Positions 48,123-61,669 of a stretch of 64,000 nucleotides of DNA are shown one piece after another. The notes under the pieces were generated by a model. It was given only the letters and a program-made list of their open reading frames with translations, was not told the DNA's origin and made no database searches. Positions within the stretch are counted from its first letter, which is position 1, and the number at the start of each line of letters is the position of its first letter. The DNA comes from Octopus vulgaris (lineage: Eukaryota), in the NCBI GenBank assembly GCA_951406725.2, contig OX597830.1, forward strand, positions 46,252,001 through 46,316,000, given 5' to 3'. The position numbers and the translations under genes were made by a program.

Positions 48123-51100
48123 TATATATATCATCATCATCATCATCATTATCATCATTTAGCGTCCGCTTTCCATGCTAGCATGGGTTGGACGGTTCAA
48201 CTGGTGTCTGTGAAGCCAGAAGGCTGCATCAGGCCCAGTCTGATCTGGCAGTGTTTCTACGGCTGGATGCCCTTCCTAAATAAGGTTAGTAGAGTTAGAG
48301 GTTGGAATAACCGGCTAAGGGATAAAAATATTTGTTATACTACCGGTATAATTACCAATGTTAACTCTGGACACACATATATGTGTATGTGTGTATTATT
48401 ATTATTATTATTATTATTATGGTTGTTTTACACATATTTTCCATTCTAGCATGAATCTGCTCCATGTAAAAGCATGGTTGATGGCATGTCTAATCATAAA
48501 ATCCATACATGTGTGTATGCCAATCATTTGGATTTTCTTTATCATCCCCATTTTCATTTAACAAATGAAATAATCTCATTATTTATAATCTTTCGCAACA
48601 TCTACTTTGTACTCTTATTTGCTGGTCAGGTATTCATTTCTCTGTTTAATGTTTAACTTTTTAACAAAAAAGTGCAGCTTGTACAGTGAATCCTGGCCGT
48701 ATCTATAATCCTCGTTCCTTTGTCGCAGAGACAACTGTTATTTACTCTGACTACGCTGCCACAATGATTCCATTCTGAGCAAAACCACCATCATATTTAA
48801 CAGAGAGACATGGCTAGGATAGAAGAAACTCTGAATAAAAATTTGACACAACAGAAGAATACAACTAAAGAAGTGAAAAGTTCCTCTTTTCTAATGCAGA
48901 TGGCATGATAAAATGCACCCAGTTCTTGCAGAAAAGTGGTCGGTTATAAAAACAGAATCCCTTTATAGAATCATTGCCCTCTGTCAGAAAATGTAAGAAA
49001 CAAAAGCAAATGAGGTAGAGGACATTTTACAGCAATCTCATGGGGGCCATTGACACCATAAATTGCACCAAATTTATGCAGTTAAATGGTTCTAAATACA
49101 AATGGTATCCAGCTGTAAAAACCATGTCTAAAAGAAGGAAGGAACACGCAAAGGGGATGTGCATTCTGCAAGCCTGTGCAGATGACCCATCTGAAAGGAC
49201 AGCAACTCTGAATAAATGTACTGATACAAAATAAAGCGGGTTCTTTGGTTGTTCCACAGAAAAGAACATGTGCTGATGGCATAATAAAAGGAACCCAGTC
49301 TGGTGATAGCAGGAATAACCAGCCATAAAACCATATCAAAAACACCACACACTCATTCTCCCTCTCTCTTCCTCTCTCTCTCACACACACAATTTCATTT
49401 TTCAACAGGAAGTTATTAAACATTTTGACATTTTAAAGATAGCTTATTTTATCTTTTAATACTAAAAGATTTAGAAGCTTTGGAGAAAAACTAAGATAAT
49501 TACTGCTATTTAGTTAGCAAATTTTTATTTTTTGTTTTTCCGTTTTATATTACAATATTTTCAAATCGGTTTTTGTATTTATTTGAAACCTTACATTTAA
49601 CTAAACATGAGAGCTAATGGCAGCATTTCCTAGGAAACACTTCCAATTACAAGGTAATTATTTCCAAGCAGAAATAAATCACAAGTTTACAAAGAATAAA
49701 ATGGTAGATTTTTATAAAATTTAGAATGGTAAAAAAGTTCCAATTCAAATATTGTAGAGCATCAGAGTCTGATTCGTTAATGACTCTGTCCTCAACACCT
49801 GTTAAAATAATTACTTCTTGCACAGATTACAATACCACAGATACACAAGAATTTCAAGTCAAATAGATCTACAATTGTTCAGGACTTATTCTATCGACCC
49901 TGAAGAAATGAAGAGTTGAAGTAACCTCTTTGGGATTTGAACCTAGAGAATGTAAGAACAACATTCAATATTATAAAGCATTTGGTCCCATGCTGTACCA
50001 TCTCTGCCACACACTCATAAGATCTCAGGTTTTTAGGATGAAAGTGACTTGTGACATTCAAGTTCTTTTATAAAGACATCAGTGAAAGTCATCAATTAAT
50101 AGTGTCTTTCTCTTAGCATGTAATTATCTCTAATTAACAATTTATTGTTTTTCATGTGCACAGCAACTTGAGTAATTCATTCTCTCATCTTTAACAAATA
50201 CACTCAACAAATTCAGTGAGCACACAGAGAGCTATGCTTCACTGAAGAGATCTAATAAGGTTGGAAGAGCTGGAATAATTAAAATAATATTAGTCATTGA
50301 CTACAATTATTCTTTCCTCACAATATATTTACTAACCAGAACAGGGTTTGAAGACTGAATTGTACAGACAACAGGAATTGAATTGAAACTAAGCAGCATA
50401 TATGACGACCCACCTCTCACATCCTCCATCACAATTTTTCCCATTGTAATGATTTTCTTTTGACTAATCTCAAGCCTAAATTTTAATGCCATATTCAATA
50501 GTAATGACTCCAGTTACTTAAGGATAATTATATTTTAGTTTCCAGGGGTCAGAAAAAAATATCAACTCAGAATGTAGGAATATGAAATTAAATGCTTATT
50601 TTAATTCCATGTTCTGCTGATGCTATCAGCTCAACGACTTCTTAATAAGGACTAAAACAACAGCAACAACAACAAAAACACAGACATCAGAAGATAAATA
50701 AAGCAAAATCTATAACAAATCGGATATGTGTAATGATGTGAAGAAGATATTCTTGAAGACATTGCTTATCTCAATAAGGAAAACATACTCAGAGACTGTA
50801 TTTTGTTTTGCTATTTTTACCAATTCACAAGAAAAGGAAGATAATTGAGGAAAAAGTGTTTAAAGAGAAAAAAAGATTGAAAAGAAACAATGTTTTTAAA
50901 CCATTTTAGAAAGTAATTGGGTTTATTCATTTCTTGGTTTCATTTCCTTTTTAATTCATCCATTTTTCATATAAAAGGATTTTCTTTTAGCAATGAAAAA
51001 TATTCACAAATACTTCCTCCAAATGCCTACCAAAAGAAATCAGAAATATAAAAGAGAACTCTACGGAAACATTAGAAAAAGAACATTGGATAAACTCCTA

Positions 51101-51479
51101 ACAAGGATACTGGACCAGCCAACCATTTAATATCAGTTGCTACAAGCTCAATCAGAGACCAACTCCCAGCCATAAAGCAACAACAAAACTGAAAGAAAAT
51201 AAAGGTGGTGTTCCAGCATGGCCGCAGTCTTATGACTGAAACCATTCAAAGAATAAAAGAAAGAATGAATATAATGTCATTATTTTTAGAAGTGATGTAA
51301 TGGATAACACTCACTCCTTAGAAAAACCAAGATTATAACAACCAGGCTTCAGTTCCAATCTAGGAAACTCCAAAGTCCGGAAATTAGACTCAATACAACA
51401 ACAACAACAATAAACCAGAGTCAATGTAAATTGACCAAAGTACAGAAACGTGAAATGGCTGAAGGAATGAGGTGTTTAA

Positions 51480-51686
51480 AACCTGGCTGAAACCGGCTCT
51501 GGCTCTGAGTACAAATGTCTTGTTTTCATAAGTTTTGAATTAAAACCTTCCACCAAACCTTAGTCACAATTTATGTTCCTAGCACTAACTGAATGATAAC
51601 TAAGTTATTTTACTAAATTCTATGTTATATTTAAAGTAAATGAAAGAAACACAAAGCATCTCAAAATAAATACAGTAATGAAAAGG
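51480..51686. mobile_element. piggyBac-type MITE, family A, truncated inverted copy
   Basis: Reverse complement of most of 6143-6364; ends GTAATGAAAAGG-TTAA. Confidence 0.8.
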
Positions 51687-52165
51687 TTAACAACCAGTTT
51701 AAAGTTCAAAGTACACACTAGATATTCTAAACTACTAACAACTATTAACCTAGTGATGATTGCAGTCACAAGCATTGGGCCTCATTTCGTTTAAGAAAAT
51801 AAGAGCTTGGTGGTAGACTCAGGATAACAAGATAAATGACCAGTGATAGATTTGAAAACTGACACTTGGTTGCTTCCAAGGCTAAACAACTCTGTATTGT
51901 TTATACTGTTGGCCTTCATTACACTAGCACAGCTGTTACAGTGGTCAGCAGCAGTGGGACAGCCACCAGTACTAGAATAGTACATCATTAATGAGTCTTG
52001 TTAATTGCTACTTTAGATAGATGAGATAAAGAAACACATACCTCAAGATATGTATGTGTACACACACACACACATACATGTGCAGAGAGAGATAAGGCAG
52101 GAATTTAAACAAAATAGACATGTAAACAGATTATATGTTGACAAAACTAACAAACCTATATATAG

Positions 52166-52196
<31 letters not shown>

Positions 52197-53724
52197 CGTG
52201 CATGTAGTTGGGTTGGTAAGAAAACTTATCAATCACAAATTTGTGGATTCAATCCCAATGACTGGTACCTTTGGCAAATGTATTCTTTACCGTCAATTCA
52301 ATCTAAGTTTTGTGGCTGAAATTAGGTACACAGAAACCCAGATAGATTATACCAGTAATTAAAAGCCCCATCCTTGGCATACACATACACAATGTCACCA
52401 GTGAGTGATTCAGTCAGTGGAGTGTGACTCAGCTACACAATCAACAGGTAGTTCTATTAACCAATGATACTGATGCAAGATCGCTTCTATTTCTGCATAC
52501 TCTCAATCCTAACATTTTGGAAGGCGCCAATTTTTCTTTCTCAGGTGGGCTAGATGGTTCTTCAATGCCTGTCGTGGTCTTTTGTTGTCTCCTTTCTTCA
52601 AGCTGATCCCCTTACAGATCAGCTTTCACCACTTCTCTCTCTCTCTCTCTCTACAACAGATTCATTCCATTTGCATTTATCAAGTGTCATCCTTCATACA
52701 CCAACACATGGCCACACCAGAGCAGTCTCCTCTCTTGCACACCAACATCTGATTCTGCTTACATCCAATCATTCCCTCATAAACCTTACATACCATCCAG
52801 TGGACTGTGTTAGCCTTATTTCTTTCCACCTTTCATGACACAGCCTCTGCATTCAGGAGGTCCATGCCTTGCTATTATGCATTATATCACACTTTGTACA
52901 CAAGCATCATACAATCTGCCATTCACTAAGCCAAATTTTTTTTCCTACCCTATTCTTACCCTGGCAACTGTCTTCAGAATGTCCAAATTAAACTACCTAA
53001 ATAAGGCAAGCGATCAACTACATCTAAGAAACCCATCAGGCATTTAATGGAATTCCTTCCATAGGTGTCCTTACTACAAGCTACTCCTGTGAATCTATTG
53101 CATATGTCAATCTGTTAGTCACGCTGTGATCCCACAGCATCTATTGTGCACTAAACTAATCAATCTATCTGTTCTTTGTGTTCATTTATCAAACTGTCAA
53201 TATCCTATTTTATCAATGGAGTCAACAGCCAGTCGGGACATTTACTGAACAACCCATCCTCTGGCTAAGTATTCCAATTTAGCTAACAATCCATCAGCTA
53301 TCAAGATTCATGCAACATAAATGAGAAGTTACAAGCCATGCTGCAGCAACCACACTGGCCAATCTCTAGTTAAATGGCAAAACCTAAATATAGCATGTGG
53401 TGACTAATAAGATATCAGATTGTGTTTAAACAGAATCAATTAATTGATTAATTAATTAATGATGGATCTAAGATTCCTTTTTAGCATCCTATTTAGATAA
53501 TTTCAGATTTAAGTATGAACCATGACGGAAACTGAATAATAAAGAAAAGAAAAGAGAAAAAATACTTAAACGGGATGAAAAGTGAATGAAATAATTAGAA
53601 AAGTAGGAGGAAGGAAGAAGTGAACAACTAGAAGGCATCAGAAATATTAGATATGGAATGGTATAGAGCGAACCTGCTAAATAAAATAGCAAAACTAGCA
53701 AGAAGCTTTTAAGGGTTTAATCAG

Positions 53725-53912
53725 TCGCACGTAAAAAGCACCCACTACACTCATGGAGTGGTTGGCGTTAGGAAGGGCATCCAACTGTAGAAACACTTCC
53801 AGATCAGACTGGGCCTGGAGCAGCCTACTGGCTCCCCAGACCCCAGTTGAACTGTCCAACCCATGCTAGCATGGAAAACGGACGTTAAACGATGATGATG
53901 ATGATGATGATC
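53725..53912 (+). mobile_element. RTE-tailed SINE
   Basis: Family core and (GAT)n tail. Confidence 0.85.
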
Positions 53913-54528
53913 AGTCATGGTTTGACCAAAATCCAACAAAGCAGGTTAACGAGAAGGTAACAAGGCTTAGATACTGTGACATTCCACCTGAGATATACTT
54001 GTTCTCATTTTCCTCTGCCCACACCATCACATTGGCCAGTAGAATAAACACATAAGTCTATTTATAGAAACTTGACCATTCTTAGCATTCTTCCCTTCAA
54101 TTTTGTGGTTTAGAAAAAAACCTACTCCTATACCTTTTTCTGTACCCAGCCCTTAATTAAATTAGAACAGATGGACACGTTAGTATAATTATACCTAAAA
54201 TTTCCAAGAAGTGAACGAGATAGAAAAAGAAGATGCTGTCTCATTCCAGCATAGAAGTTAATTAAATTCCATGTCTTTGTGCAGCTGAAGATGGCTCTGC
54301 ATTTTAAATTGATGTAATTATTGCATTGTTCAATTAAATGGAGTTGCAGGAAACGATTGTACTGCATTACCTCTGGATATCCTTGTTGCTTGTGTGTGTG
54401 TGTGTGTATATATATATGCAGATTGAAATGTAAAAGACTTTCTCACTCTCAGAGCATTAAACTAATACATCTCTGTAGTTTACACACCTGTCTTCGCCTT
54501 TTGTTTGTTTGTTTTTGTAAATTCTCCC

Positions 54529-54710
54529 TATACATACATACCTACATACACACACATACATACATATATACATACATATATACATACATACACATATATA
54601 TATACATACATATATATACACATACATATATATACACATACATATATATACATATATACATACACATATATATATACATACATATATATACATATATACA
54701 TATACACATA
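54529..54710. repeat. Compound (TA/CA/TACA)n microsatellite
   Basis: Low-complexity run. Confidence 0.9.
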
Positions 54711-55456
54711 GTGGCTGCCCCCCTCGTTACCGAGTACAGCCATTGCACGAAGCTTAATCAATGTTGTTATCGTGCAATGCCTGTGCAAGAAGATTTTTTT
54801 AAAGTGAGGAAAGGCTGTGCACTGAGTCAATCCCACTCACTAAGCAACAGCAGCCATAATCCGAAAAGAAGAACAAAGTCAACATCATTGGTAACCACTG
54901 AGCCGCATGTTTTATGCCGGAGTTATCCCAGTTACCTGAGTTACCTTCTCCTAGAAGGATGCCCTAACAAAGGCTAGAAGTCCTTCACTCCCAATGGTTT
55001 AACCGCGTGATTGGGTATTCACTCCGATTATTTCTATGTCCCCGTGCATGATACAGCCTTAAGACATTTACTGGATGGCCGTTGACTCTCAAGAGTTCCT
55101 CCGCCCTTTGTATGTATGTATGTACATATACATACATACATACACATACACTACATGCATACTGTTCAAAGTCATATCCAGGACGTGTGCACACACACAA
55201 ACATATATGTGTGTGTATGTAATATATTAATGTTCTTTAAGTTGTAATGAAAACAATTTCACATTAAACTGAAGGATTACTCAATACATTTGGCAGAATA
55301 CAAATTTACTATTCTTTAACAAGAATTATTTTGACAGTGACTTCGAAGTTTTGTCCAGCCAAGCCATCACTGGACAACAGTTTAGCGTGTCAAAACTTTG
55401 AAGTCACTGTCAATAGTATTCTTGCTAAAGAATTAGATACACATACATACAAACAT

Positions 55457-55765
55457 ACGGCACGTAAAAGGCACCATTTGAGCATGATCATTACCAGTGC
55501 TGCCTTACTGGCACTTGTGCTGGTGGCATGTGTAAAAACATTCGAGCGAGGTCGTTGCCAGTACCGCCTGACTGGCCCCCGTGCCGGTGGCATTTAAAAG
55601 CACCCACTACACTCTTGGAGTGGTTGGCGTTAGGAGGGGCATCCAACTGTAGAAACTCTGCCAGGTCAAGATTGGAGCCTGGTGCAGCCATCTGGTTCAC
55701 CAGCCCTCAGTCAAATCGTCCAACCCATGCTAGCATGGAAAGCGGACGTTAAATGATGATGATGA
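55457..55765 (+). mobile_element. RTE-tailed SINE with internal modules
   Basis: Family core and (GAT)n tail. Confidence 0.85.
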
Positions 55766-56741
55766 TATATATATATATATATATACATACACACACATAA
55801 CTGGCACCCCGTCAGCTATGACAAGGGTTCCAGCTGGTCTGATCAGCAGAATATCCAGTTCATGAAATTAACATGCAAGTGACTGAGTACTCCACAGACA
55901 CATGTACCCTTAATGAAGTTCTGAGGGAGATTTGACAAGACACAATGTAACAAGGCCAGTGCTTTGGAATTAAGGTACAACTCATTTTTTGCCAGCTGAA
56001 TGGACTGGAGCAATGTGAAATAAAGTGTCTTGCTCAAGGAAATAAGCTATCAAGTATGATTCTCATGAATATATTATGGTGTACACAATTCAAGCAGTAT
56101 TAGATTAAAATAGCCATCTGTGGGTCATAGTGAATGCATAGACACTTAATAAGCTAGTTACTGCAGTATTTGTGTTGTGATAACATCTCTTATGGATGTG
56201 CCATGTTTAAAAACAAAATAAATATATCAGAGGAAGGCAAGAATCATCCCAGCAATATCTAGTGAGAACACCAGATGCACTTCAGCATAATTGAACCTCA
56301 TCAATAGCATGCACTCACAGCTAACCATATACTAAGACAGATTTTTACTTGGCCAGGCAGCTATTTGCAATACTAATGAATGTTTTATTTCCTGTTTCCA
56401 TTCTGTATTGAAGGTAGCAGTTCTCATCTCAGCTTATCATTGGTATGCAAATACATACCAATGGATAATAGATAACAACACCAAAAGGCATCTAATGTCA
56501 CTTTGGGCTGATTAAAAAATATAACCTTGTGTCTATTCTCATGGATATTGAGTTCTGTTCTTCCAGTTTATTCTCTCAAACCCCTCTCTCCACACACACA
56601 CACATTACATACATACATACATATGTGTGTGTGTGTGTGTGTATTATTTTACTTGTAAATATATACATTTACACACACACACACACACACACACAAACAT
56701 GTAAGTATTTAATTAATGTTTTTAAATAATTATGTATATAT

Positions 56742-57100
56742 AGGTGCAGAAGAGGCTGTGTGGGAAGTAACTTGCTTACCAACCACATGGTTCTGGGTTC
56801 GTCCCCACTGTGTGGCACCTTGGGCAAGTGTCTTCTGCTATAGCCTCAGGCCAGCCAAAACCTTGTGAGTGGATTTGGTAGATGGAAACTAAAAGAAGCC
56901 TGTCGTATATATGTGTGCATGTGTGTTTGTCGCCCCACCATCGCTCAACAACTGATGTTGCTGTTTTTTCACCCCCCGTAACCTAGCGGTTTGGCAAAAG
57001 AAACTGATAGAATAAGTACTAGGCTTACAAAGAATAAGTCCTGGGGTCGATTTGTTCAAACATGGCCACAGTCAAGTGACTGAAACAAGTAAAAGAATAT
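56742..57100 (+). mobile_element. tRNA-derived SINE
   Basis: Head GGCTGTGTGG...GGGTTCGTCCCC; same family as 2720 and 15870. Confidence 0.85.
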
Positions 57101-57118
57101 ACATATGATTTTTAATAA

Positions 57119-57186
<68 letters not shown>

Positions 57187-57249
57187 ATGTATATATGTGT
57201 GTGTGTGTGTATGTATATATATATGTGTGTATATATTATGTATTTATAT

Positions 57250-57728
57250 CTTTAGCTTGCTTCAGTCATTGGACTGCGGCCATGCTGGGACAGCACCTTG
57301 CAGAACTTTAGCCGAATGAATGGGCCCCAGGACTTATTCTTCTAAGCCTGGTACTTGTTCTTTAGGTTGCTTTTGCTGAACTGCTAAGTTATGGGGGATG
57401 TAAACATACCGACACTGGTTGTCAACAAATACATACAAAGAGACACACAGACAGATATGCGTGGGTAATTACCACTTCTGAAGTTCCACTAGCTGTGAAA
57501 CATATATAGCCTGGATTTTATCTATTCCATTTCCTCATTAAGGATATATATATATATTATATATGTATATGTAATGGGCTTTCAGTTTCCGTCAATCAAA
57601 TTCACCTGCAAGGCTTTGGTCAGTATGAAACTATAATAGAGGACACATCCTCAAGGTGCAATGCAGTGGAACTGAACCTGAAACCATGTGGTTGGGAAGC
57701 AAATTTTTTACCACACAGCCATGCCTAT
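57250..57728 (-). mobile_element. tRNA-derived SINE, inverted relative to 56742
   Basis: TTCAGTCATTGGACTGCGGCCATGCTGG ... GAAACCATGTGGTTGGGAAGC..ACCACACAGCC. Confidence 0.8.
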
Positions 57729-57746
57729 ACATATAATTTTTAATAA

Positions 57747-57797
<51 letters not shown>

Positions 57798-59870
57798 GGA
57801 GTAAACACATAAATGTGAAACAAGGTGGAAAAAAGAGTACTCAAATACCAGTGGTAGAGTAATATATATATATATATATATATAATTATTTGCCATGCTG
57901 AACCATTGAACTCAACACATTTTCTTTCATTCTCCCTCTATTTATTTCCTCTTATTCCTTTCTGTCGAAGAGCATAGGCTTGAAACATAAAAGACCTTTC
58001 TATTTTTCCTGAGTGTCAAACTAATACACATGCTTGTTAATACACCTGTCTTTGTTTTTCTATAAATTTGAACAACACACAAACACACACACAATCTGTG
58101 AGGTACTTAAGGGGTTACATAAAAGAGACAACATCTCAACTTATGAACATTAAAAAAAATTTAATTGTGAAATATGATTTCGTGTTTTAAGACTATGCAC
58201 CCATCCACCCACACACATACATACATACATACACAAACAAAACATATTTGCACAGAATATAAACAGAGCACCCTTATCATGGTAGACAACCTCGAAAATA
58301 GTTTAGAGAATTGCCTTTAATAGAAGAGGGGCCATGCCATCTGGTTGGTGCGCAGAATGTCTGTTCAGGGAAATTACTCATAAGACGCCGCAGCAGCAGT
58401 GTGTGCCTCAGGAGATAAGCATTCTTAGTGCAGCTCTCTGCATCTCCTTACCCCCACCCTCTGTTCATGCTGGCATAAATTACACACACACACACACACA
58501 CACAATTTAGGGGAAATACCAAAAAGAAGCAAAGCTTGACACAGAAAGCCTAAAGATTTTTGAGACACAAATTTCAAAATATTTATTTTAAACATTGACA
58601 ACAATAATCAACATCCAGAAAATATCTTTGAAAAGCAAGAGATGTGTAGGCTGGTGGAGATATACTTTGTCCAAAGTTCATTTCTTCTCTTTCAAAACAA
58701 AAGAGATGGTTTATTATAACCACCACCAGCAGTAGCAGTAGTAGTAGCAGCAGCATCACAACACTTGGTCTAAAAGAAATACTAACCTTAATTCAAACAA
58801 TGTTATTGTTTATACAATTTCTTTTCAATTTTTTTTTTCCCCCTTGCCTTTAAAAGGCAGAGAGACTCATTTTGGCTAAAATCAACAATTTGTATTGTAG
58901 CACCACACCATTACCAGTCTTTGCACCACAAAATAAATATTGAAAAAAGAAACAAAGATAAAAAGAAAAAAATACCATCTGACATTTTGTGAGTGGAGAA
59001 TAGGAAGCGAAATATAAAAAGGAAATGCTTGGCATTTTGAGAGATGTGTCAGTGACTTTGCACCAACAACAATTAAACAGGAAAGACAAAGCAGAATTCG
59101 TTTGGTTCGGCATGGTAATAATTGGCAGTGGTAAGTGTAAGAAGGATGGTAGATTCTGAAAGGTACGGAGAGAAGATGAAGCAGCAGATTGCAGTTCCTG
59201 ATTAAAAATCTCTATCAAAGAGTGTTATGCAGAAAGATAAGATCCCATCACCTGGACTTGCATGGTGGGAGTGATTGCTGTTGTTGTTGTTATTGTTATT
59301 GGAATGGTGAAGAGCAAAACTGGTAGAGAATGCCTTGTATTAAGTTATCTCCCTTTAGATTCCAAGTTCAATTAGTGCTAGTATTGACTCAGCTCATTAC
59401 TCCATCTGAGGTCAATGCAATCAAGGATTGGGGTTACTCAACCCAAGGAGACTCTCTCCCCAAATTTCTGGTGCTTTGTCTTTTTGAAAATTTCTACCAT
59501 TATTATCATTCTATAAGGTGGCAAGCTTAGCATTCTGAGTTCAAATTCCATCAAGATCAACTTTGCTTTAATAAATACCAGTTGAATACTGGGGTCAATG
59601 TAATCGCCTTACCCCCTACCCAAAAATGTGGCCTTGTGCCAAAATTTGAAATCATAATTATTAATATTATGAACAATTGGCACACAATTGATAGAGCACC
59701 AGCATTTCAGGATTTTCTCTGGTTCTTTACATTCAGAGTTCAGGTACCAATGAAGAGAACTTTCATTTGTATTCCTCCAGAGATTAAATACCAGTCAAGT
59801 ACTGCAGTCAATGGTATCCACTAACCCCATCACTCAAACCTGCTAGCCTAACTTAGAGACAATTATTATT

Positions 59871-60085
59871 CTTTTCTACTCTAGGCACAAGGCCCGAAAT
59901 TTTGGGGGAGGGGGCCAGTCGATTAGATTGACCCCAGTACGCAACTGGTACTTAATTTATTGACCCCCAAAAGGATGAAAAGCAAAGTCGAACTCGGCAG
60001 AATTTGAACTCAGGACATAGCAGCAGACGAAATACTGCTAAGCATTTTGCCCAGTGTTCTAACGTTTCTGCCAGCTCACCACCTT
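59871..60085 (-). mobile_element. tRNA-derived SINE with TSD
   Basis: GAGACAATTATTATT at 59856-59870 and 60086-60100. Confidence 0.88.
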
Positions 60086-60510
60086 GAGACAATTATTATT
60101 ATTATTATTATTATTAACACTTGGCAAAATTGTTAGAGCAGAGGACAAAATATCTTGCAGTATTTCTTCTGGTTCTTAGGGTTCCAAGTTCAAATATCAT
60201 CAAAGTCCCAACAAGTAAGGTGAGATCACAGCCGTGGCCTATGCCACTGTCACATAACCAGCCCCTTTAAAAGTTCTCTTGAATCATCAGACGATATGCT
60301 GTACTTGAGAAGACCTGTTGAGTCAAGTGAAATCAGAGTCATGGCTGATGCCAGTGCCATCTGACTGGCTCCTGTGCCAGTGGAACATAAAAACACCATC
60401 AGAATGTGGTCAATGCCGATGCCACCTGGCGGGCTCCCGTGCCACATAAAAAGCACCCACTACACTCTCGGAGTGGCTGAAGTTAGGAAGGGCATCCAGC
60501 TGTAGAAACC

Positions 60511-60907
60511 TTGCCAGATCAGATTGAAGCCAGCAGTCTACTGGCTTGCCAGTCCTCAATCAAACCGTCCAACCCATGCCAGCATGGAAAACAGACGACG
60601 TTAAGCAATGATGATGAGAAAATTCCAAGAGGGAGATCACCATCCAGGACCTGTCAAGGATCTCCATTTACCCAGCATTACTTTAACTGAGCTGTAAGTG
60701 CACTTTTTGCCAGATCAGATTGAAGCCAGGTGCAGTCTACTGGCTTGCCAGTCCTCAATCAAACCGTCCAACCCATGCCAGCATGGAAAACAGACGTTAA
60801 GCAATGATGATGAGAAAATTCCAAGAGGGAGATCACCATCCAGGACCGGTCATGGATCTCCATTTACCCAGCATTACTTTAACTGAGCTGTAAGTGCACT
60901 TTGCCAG
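60511..60907. repeat. Recent ~195-bp tandem duplication
   Basis: 60511-60706 is nearly identical to 60707-60900, with TTGCCAG at 60511, 60707 and 60901. Confidence 0.93.
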
Positions 60908-61625
60908 CTGTATTTCCTGACCTACAAACACTGAATGTAGGCCCATCCACTCAAGCTAATAATAATGATGATTTTAGTTGATTAGACCGATTTTTAAAGA
61001 AAAGCAGGTTTGAGGAATTGCAATCAACCTATGTATATTGAACGTATATTTCTTTATTGAGCCCCACTCTCCTGTGCAGAGAGATGAAAAAAAAAAAAGC
61101 TAATGCTACAAAAACTAAACACAGAATATTTAGAGGCAAACCCAAACATTGCAAAATGTTTAATTTGGCACTCTACCATTCTGCTATCTTCACCACACAA
61201 ATAAAAATAACAAGAACATCAGTGGTAGTAATTAGGGAAGTCCAGAAATTATTTTGCAAAACTTTAAGCAGAAGCTAAAAAGAATTTTAAGGAAAAATAA
61301 TAACAATGTGAATAAGATTTTCCTTTTTGTGTAAATAAATAAATAAATAACCGTGAAGAAAATGCCCCATTTTTTTTTTTAATATGCTTTTTTAGTGACG
61401 TGCAAACACACATGTTGAATAAGAGAATTATCTGGAATAAAAGACAACCTACCCAAGAAGATATTCGTAATTCACTCTGTTTGGAATAGAAAAAGTTAAG
61501 AGAAAAAAAAAAAGAAAAAAAAACAGGAAAAATAAGAAAAAATCTATAAATTAGATTAATAGAATAAAACCAGATGAAAATTACGTAAAACACACATAAA
61601 ACACGTGCATCTGTATGTGTATGTA

Positions 61626-61669
<44 letters not shown>

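Noticed and set aside
54195-54244. Candidate first coding exon (MRQHLLFLSRSLLGNFR, phase 2 donor AG|gtataa)
   Set aside because: The phase fits, but the donor is mediocre and I see no family similarity. It cannot be supported without RNA data.
54321-54977. 218-aa ORF and overlapping Tyr/Ile/His-rich ORFs
   Set aside because: Read-through of microsatellite; no domain or splice support.
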